NCBI GenBank assembly: GCA_030324005.1
Contig: JARDVH010000084.1
Coordinates: 39,627,836 to 39,691,835 of the forward strand
Length of the DNA stretch: 64,000 nucleotides
Direction of reading: 5' to 3'
Origin: Negaprion brevirostris
Taxonomy: Eukaryota
Below are positions 60,750 through 64,000 of this stretch, piece after piece. Below the pieces are notes generated by a model. That model was given only the letters and a program-made list of their open reading frames with translations, was not told the origin of the DNA and ran no database searches. Made by a program: the position numbers and the translations under genes. How positions within the stretch are numbered: the first letter of the stretch is position 1; the number at the start of each line of letters is the position of its first letter.

Positions 60750-61050
60750 GACATGGTGATATAGTGGTGAAGTCACTTGATTACTATTTCAGAGGCCCAG
60801 GCGAAAGCTTTGAGGACACAGGTTCAAATCCCATCACAGCTGCTGGCGGAATTTGAATTCATTCTAGAATTGAAAGTTAGTCTCAGTAAAGATGACCATG
60901 AAAATATTGTTGATTGTCATAAGATCTCATGTGGTTCACTCATACCCTCCAAGGAAGGAAATCTGCCATGCTTACCCATGTGACTCCAGACCCATAGTAA
61001 CATAGTTAACTCTTAATTGCCCTCTGACATGGCCTAGCAAATCACTCAGT
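60750..61050 (+). mobile_element. tRNA-derived head and body of the LINE/SINE family
   Basis: tggtgatatagtgg, B-box GGTTCAAATCCC, body gtgactccagaccc..gccctctgacatggcctagcaaatcactcag. Confidence 0.8.
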
Positions 61051-61466
61051 AGTTTACTTGTGAGCAGAAAACTTGGAGAGGTGTTTAAAATGCAAACTGG
61101 GCGCAAGATCTATGCCCTTCTGTACTTGGTATACGCTTTGCATCACCAGTGCATGACAGAGGAATTCCAGTCCCTCCCTTGGGATGGTTACCAAATTGCA
61201 TTCATAAAGTCATTGGAGATAGTTGCCAATCAACCCACAACCCATTGCCCCCCCCGGCTAGATTGTGACATACGCAGTATACAAAGAAGACAAAATGATT
61301 GACCAAAGAAAGTATACCAGCATTACCATTGTGCCTGTAAATGTAACTGCTTCTTAAAAATATATTTATATGGGATGATATTTAGTTATTTACTGATGTT
61401 AAATGAGCTATTTGAATTACAACTGAAATTTCACCTTTGTGAATCACATCTATGCTTACATNNNNN

Positions 61467-61611
<145 letters not shown>

Positions 61612-62524
61612 TCACATTAAAGTATGGACATCCTCCATTTACAAAAAAAAGATGAGACCTCATTAAAAATACTCCGTCTTTCAATTAACCAAGTCAGGTA
61701 AATAATCCAATTGAAGATCAGCTCTAAAAGGGAGAAAGTTATCAACAACTGATCACTGATTCTTAAAGAGTGAGCTGGTTAATAAAAAATATGACATTAT
61801 ATGTAGAATAGTGGATACCATAAAATCTAATTGGAATTGTAATTCCAATGTAGAGAATTTTCGAAGTAAATAAAATGTTAGGTTGAATATTTTTCTTCTA
61901 GTTTTAAAGAAAAGTTAAACATAATAATGTTCCTGCCAGCAGACACTTGAATGATATATGACCACTGGGTCAAACATGTTTTGGGAGATAAATAAATCAC
62001 TTTCAGCACTCTTCAAATTTGCTGCACTATTATTAATGTTTAATACCTGCAGGAAAAGAAGCACACAGAAAAGTAAATCGGTAATGGGGCGCCGGATCTG
62101 AAGCCCCTAATTTGGGAACAGAAAACTGTGTAAGTTGGTCGTTCAATGTCAGTACATTGCAAGGTATTACACATCTCCAGATAGTTCCCGTAATCAATGT
62201 TGGTTCAACTAGCTCCGATCTTAAACACATTCAGGTTCTCTATCAATCACAGATTTAACATGCACAAACTTAGCTTAGTTATTTCAACATTTCTTCAGAA
62301 ATACTCTTCTAAGGGCAGGAATTATCCTGATCACAGCCCAGTGTCTTCCAGATGCACCACAGTACCCCCTTCCCTCCCACCTGCTGTCCCTCTGAAAACC
62401 CAAAGTTGTCAGGATGCCAACATGATCTCCAGGATTGTGATTTTCCAAGTCTTCCTGTACCCTCCCATGCCTGATGTTGAAACTCCGGCCCAATGGAATA
62501 GCTTTGGAGTCAGTCGGACTCTTT

Positions 62525-62648
62525 ATATGGGCTTGAAACGTTAGCTGTGTTTTTCTCTCTCCACAGATGCTGCCAGACCTGCTGAGTTAATCCAGCAGTT
62601 TCTGTTTTTATTTCAGATTTCCAGCATCTGCAGTATTTTGCTGTTTTG
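62525..62648 (+). mobile_element. Penelope-like family B end
   Basis: gaaacgttagct..ctccacagatgctgccagacctgctgag..ttcagatttccagcatctgcagtattttg. Confidence 0.75.
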
Positions 62649-62654
62649 TAAGAG

Positions 62655-63130
62655 AATAATCTGTTGTTGCGCCGAACATTGCTGAAGTCTTTGACGGAGT
62701 CCAACACTTTCAACCATGCTGCCATCATGCAATTCCTCATCAAAGCTGCATTCATAGACATCTAGTGTCCACTAAAATCGCTTCATCTGTTTCGTAGTTG
62801 TTCACTCATCCGTTAGCACTTCTTCATTTATTCCAAAGTTCATTGTTTCTTCTTCATATTGCTGATCTCCTTTACTCACCATCTAACCCTATCCACCGTT
62901 TTGCTGATGATTCTACTTCACGTTCATCAACTTACTTGCAGAGTATGCTCTCAGCATTCACAACTGCCAGTTTTCTTGAAACGCAATGGCTGAATCAATA
63001 CATGTTGATCTCTTTCAAAGCTGCCAACGGTACTAAATAAGTATTGTTTCATTACTTCAAAGACAAGTTTTTGTAAGAAATATAAAGAAACTACCACATG
63101 TCACCTTTAATGGCTCTAACATTAAGCTTT
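62655..63130 (+). mobile_element. Ancient non-LTR RT fossil (Jockey/CR1 group)
   Basis: VAPNIAEVFDGVQH (approximately LDIxKAFDxVWH) and LFLLHIADLL..SNPIHRFADDST (RT catalytic motif). Confidence 0.55.
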
Positions 63131-63179
63131 AATGATCTTAACCAGTTAATGACTGCAAACATAGCGCATAAAGGAAATT

Positions 63180-63470
63180 CAGTTTAAGTTTATTTATTAG
63201 TCACAAGTAGGCTTACATTAACACTGCAATGAAGTTACTGCGAAAATCCTCTAGTTGCCACACTCCAGTGCCTGTTCGGGTTTGACTGAGGGAAAATTTA
63301 GCACGGCCAATGCAGCTAACCAGCACATCTTTGCGAATGTGGGAGGAAACTGGAGTGCCCGGAGTAAACCCACACGGACACAGGGAGAGCGTGCTGACTC
63401 CACACAGGCAGTGTGGAATTGAACCCGGTCCCTGGTGCTGTGAGGCAGCAGTGCTAACCACAGTGCCACG
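63180..63470 (-). mobile_element. HE1-type V-SINE (tail B)
   Basis: Reverse complement gtggcactgtggttagcactgctgcctcacagcaccagggaccgggttcaattcc..ctaataaataaacttaaact. Confidence 0.9.
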
Positions 63471-64000
63471 TAACTTGGCTAACCAATGTGTTCAAACAGC
63501 GGACGAACAATTTCAGCCTTTTTTGTTTGTCCAGCCCATTATGATATCGCAGTGGTGATTCAATCACACATTTGAATGAAACAAAGATTATTTCAGCCGA
63601 GAGATGCTTTACGTGATTTTACCTTTGATACAAATCTACTTTTAAATTGCTTTGGCAGTTGAACAGGCTGAAATATAATACTGTTCTATATTTGTAGAAA
63701 CGAGAATCCTCCAAATGCGGTTCACTCCCATCTCCTCCCCAAACTCCAGCAAATGAAGTCTAAATTGCATACATTTTATTGTTACTTCAACCTGATCACA
63801 GCATAATTGAATGAGCTAGGTTTAGTAGGTATGCAAATTCAAATGGAAAGAGTATAAGTGCATGCTGGAAAAAATTGGGTGGAGGCATTCACTAATGATA
63901 CATTATACCACAAAAATTAGTGAACACTCAATAAATTGCAGGAACTTTATCCTGAACACGCAGCTGTATTTCTTTTTTAAATAAATTGCAGCTTTGAAGT

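Overview
Eukaryotic (non-prokaryotic) DNA, inferred to be from a shark/elasmobranch because of its repeat content: HE1-type V-SINEs, DeuSINE, CR1, L2, Rex/Babar and Penelope. The whole window lies inside the NFIA gene (nuclear factor I A) on the minus strand. Three internal coding exons are visible, matching human exons 4, 5 and 6 (about 61467-61541, 42580-42697, 17570-17697), with canonical splice sites and matching phases; I found no other NFIA exon. Almost all entries in the ORF track are spurious or decayed transposon fragments. Most notable observations: (1) a LINE family whose endonuclease/RT region sits directly behind a tRNA-derived A/B-box head and whose sense strand has no TTTT Pol III terminator, present with its head+tail SINE derivative; (2) minimal dimer-type hammerhead ribozyme motifs from two Penelope families, one nearly intact on the NFIA sense strand; (3) a four-level nest: Harbinger Myb gene > CR1 > 5.4-kb block with TIR-like ends > SINEs; (4) a locally templated 131-bp inverted insertion inside a SINE. 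All calls were made by eye, family names come from memory, and repeat boundaries are approximate.
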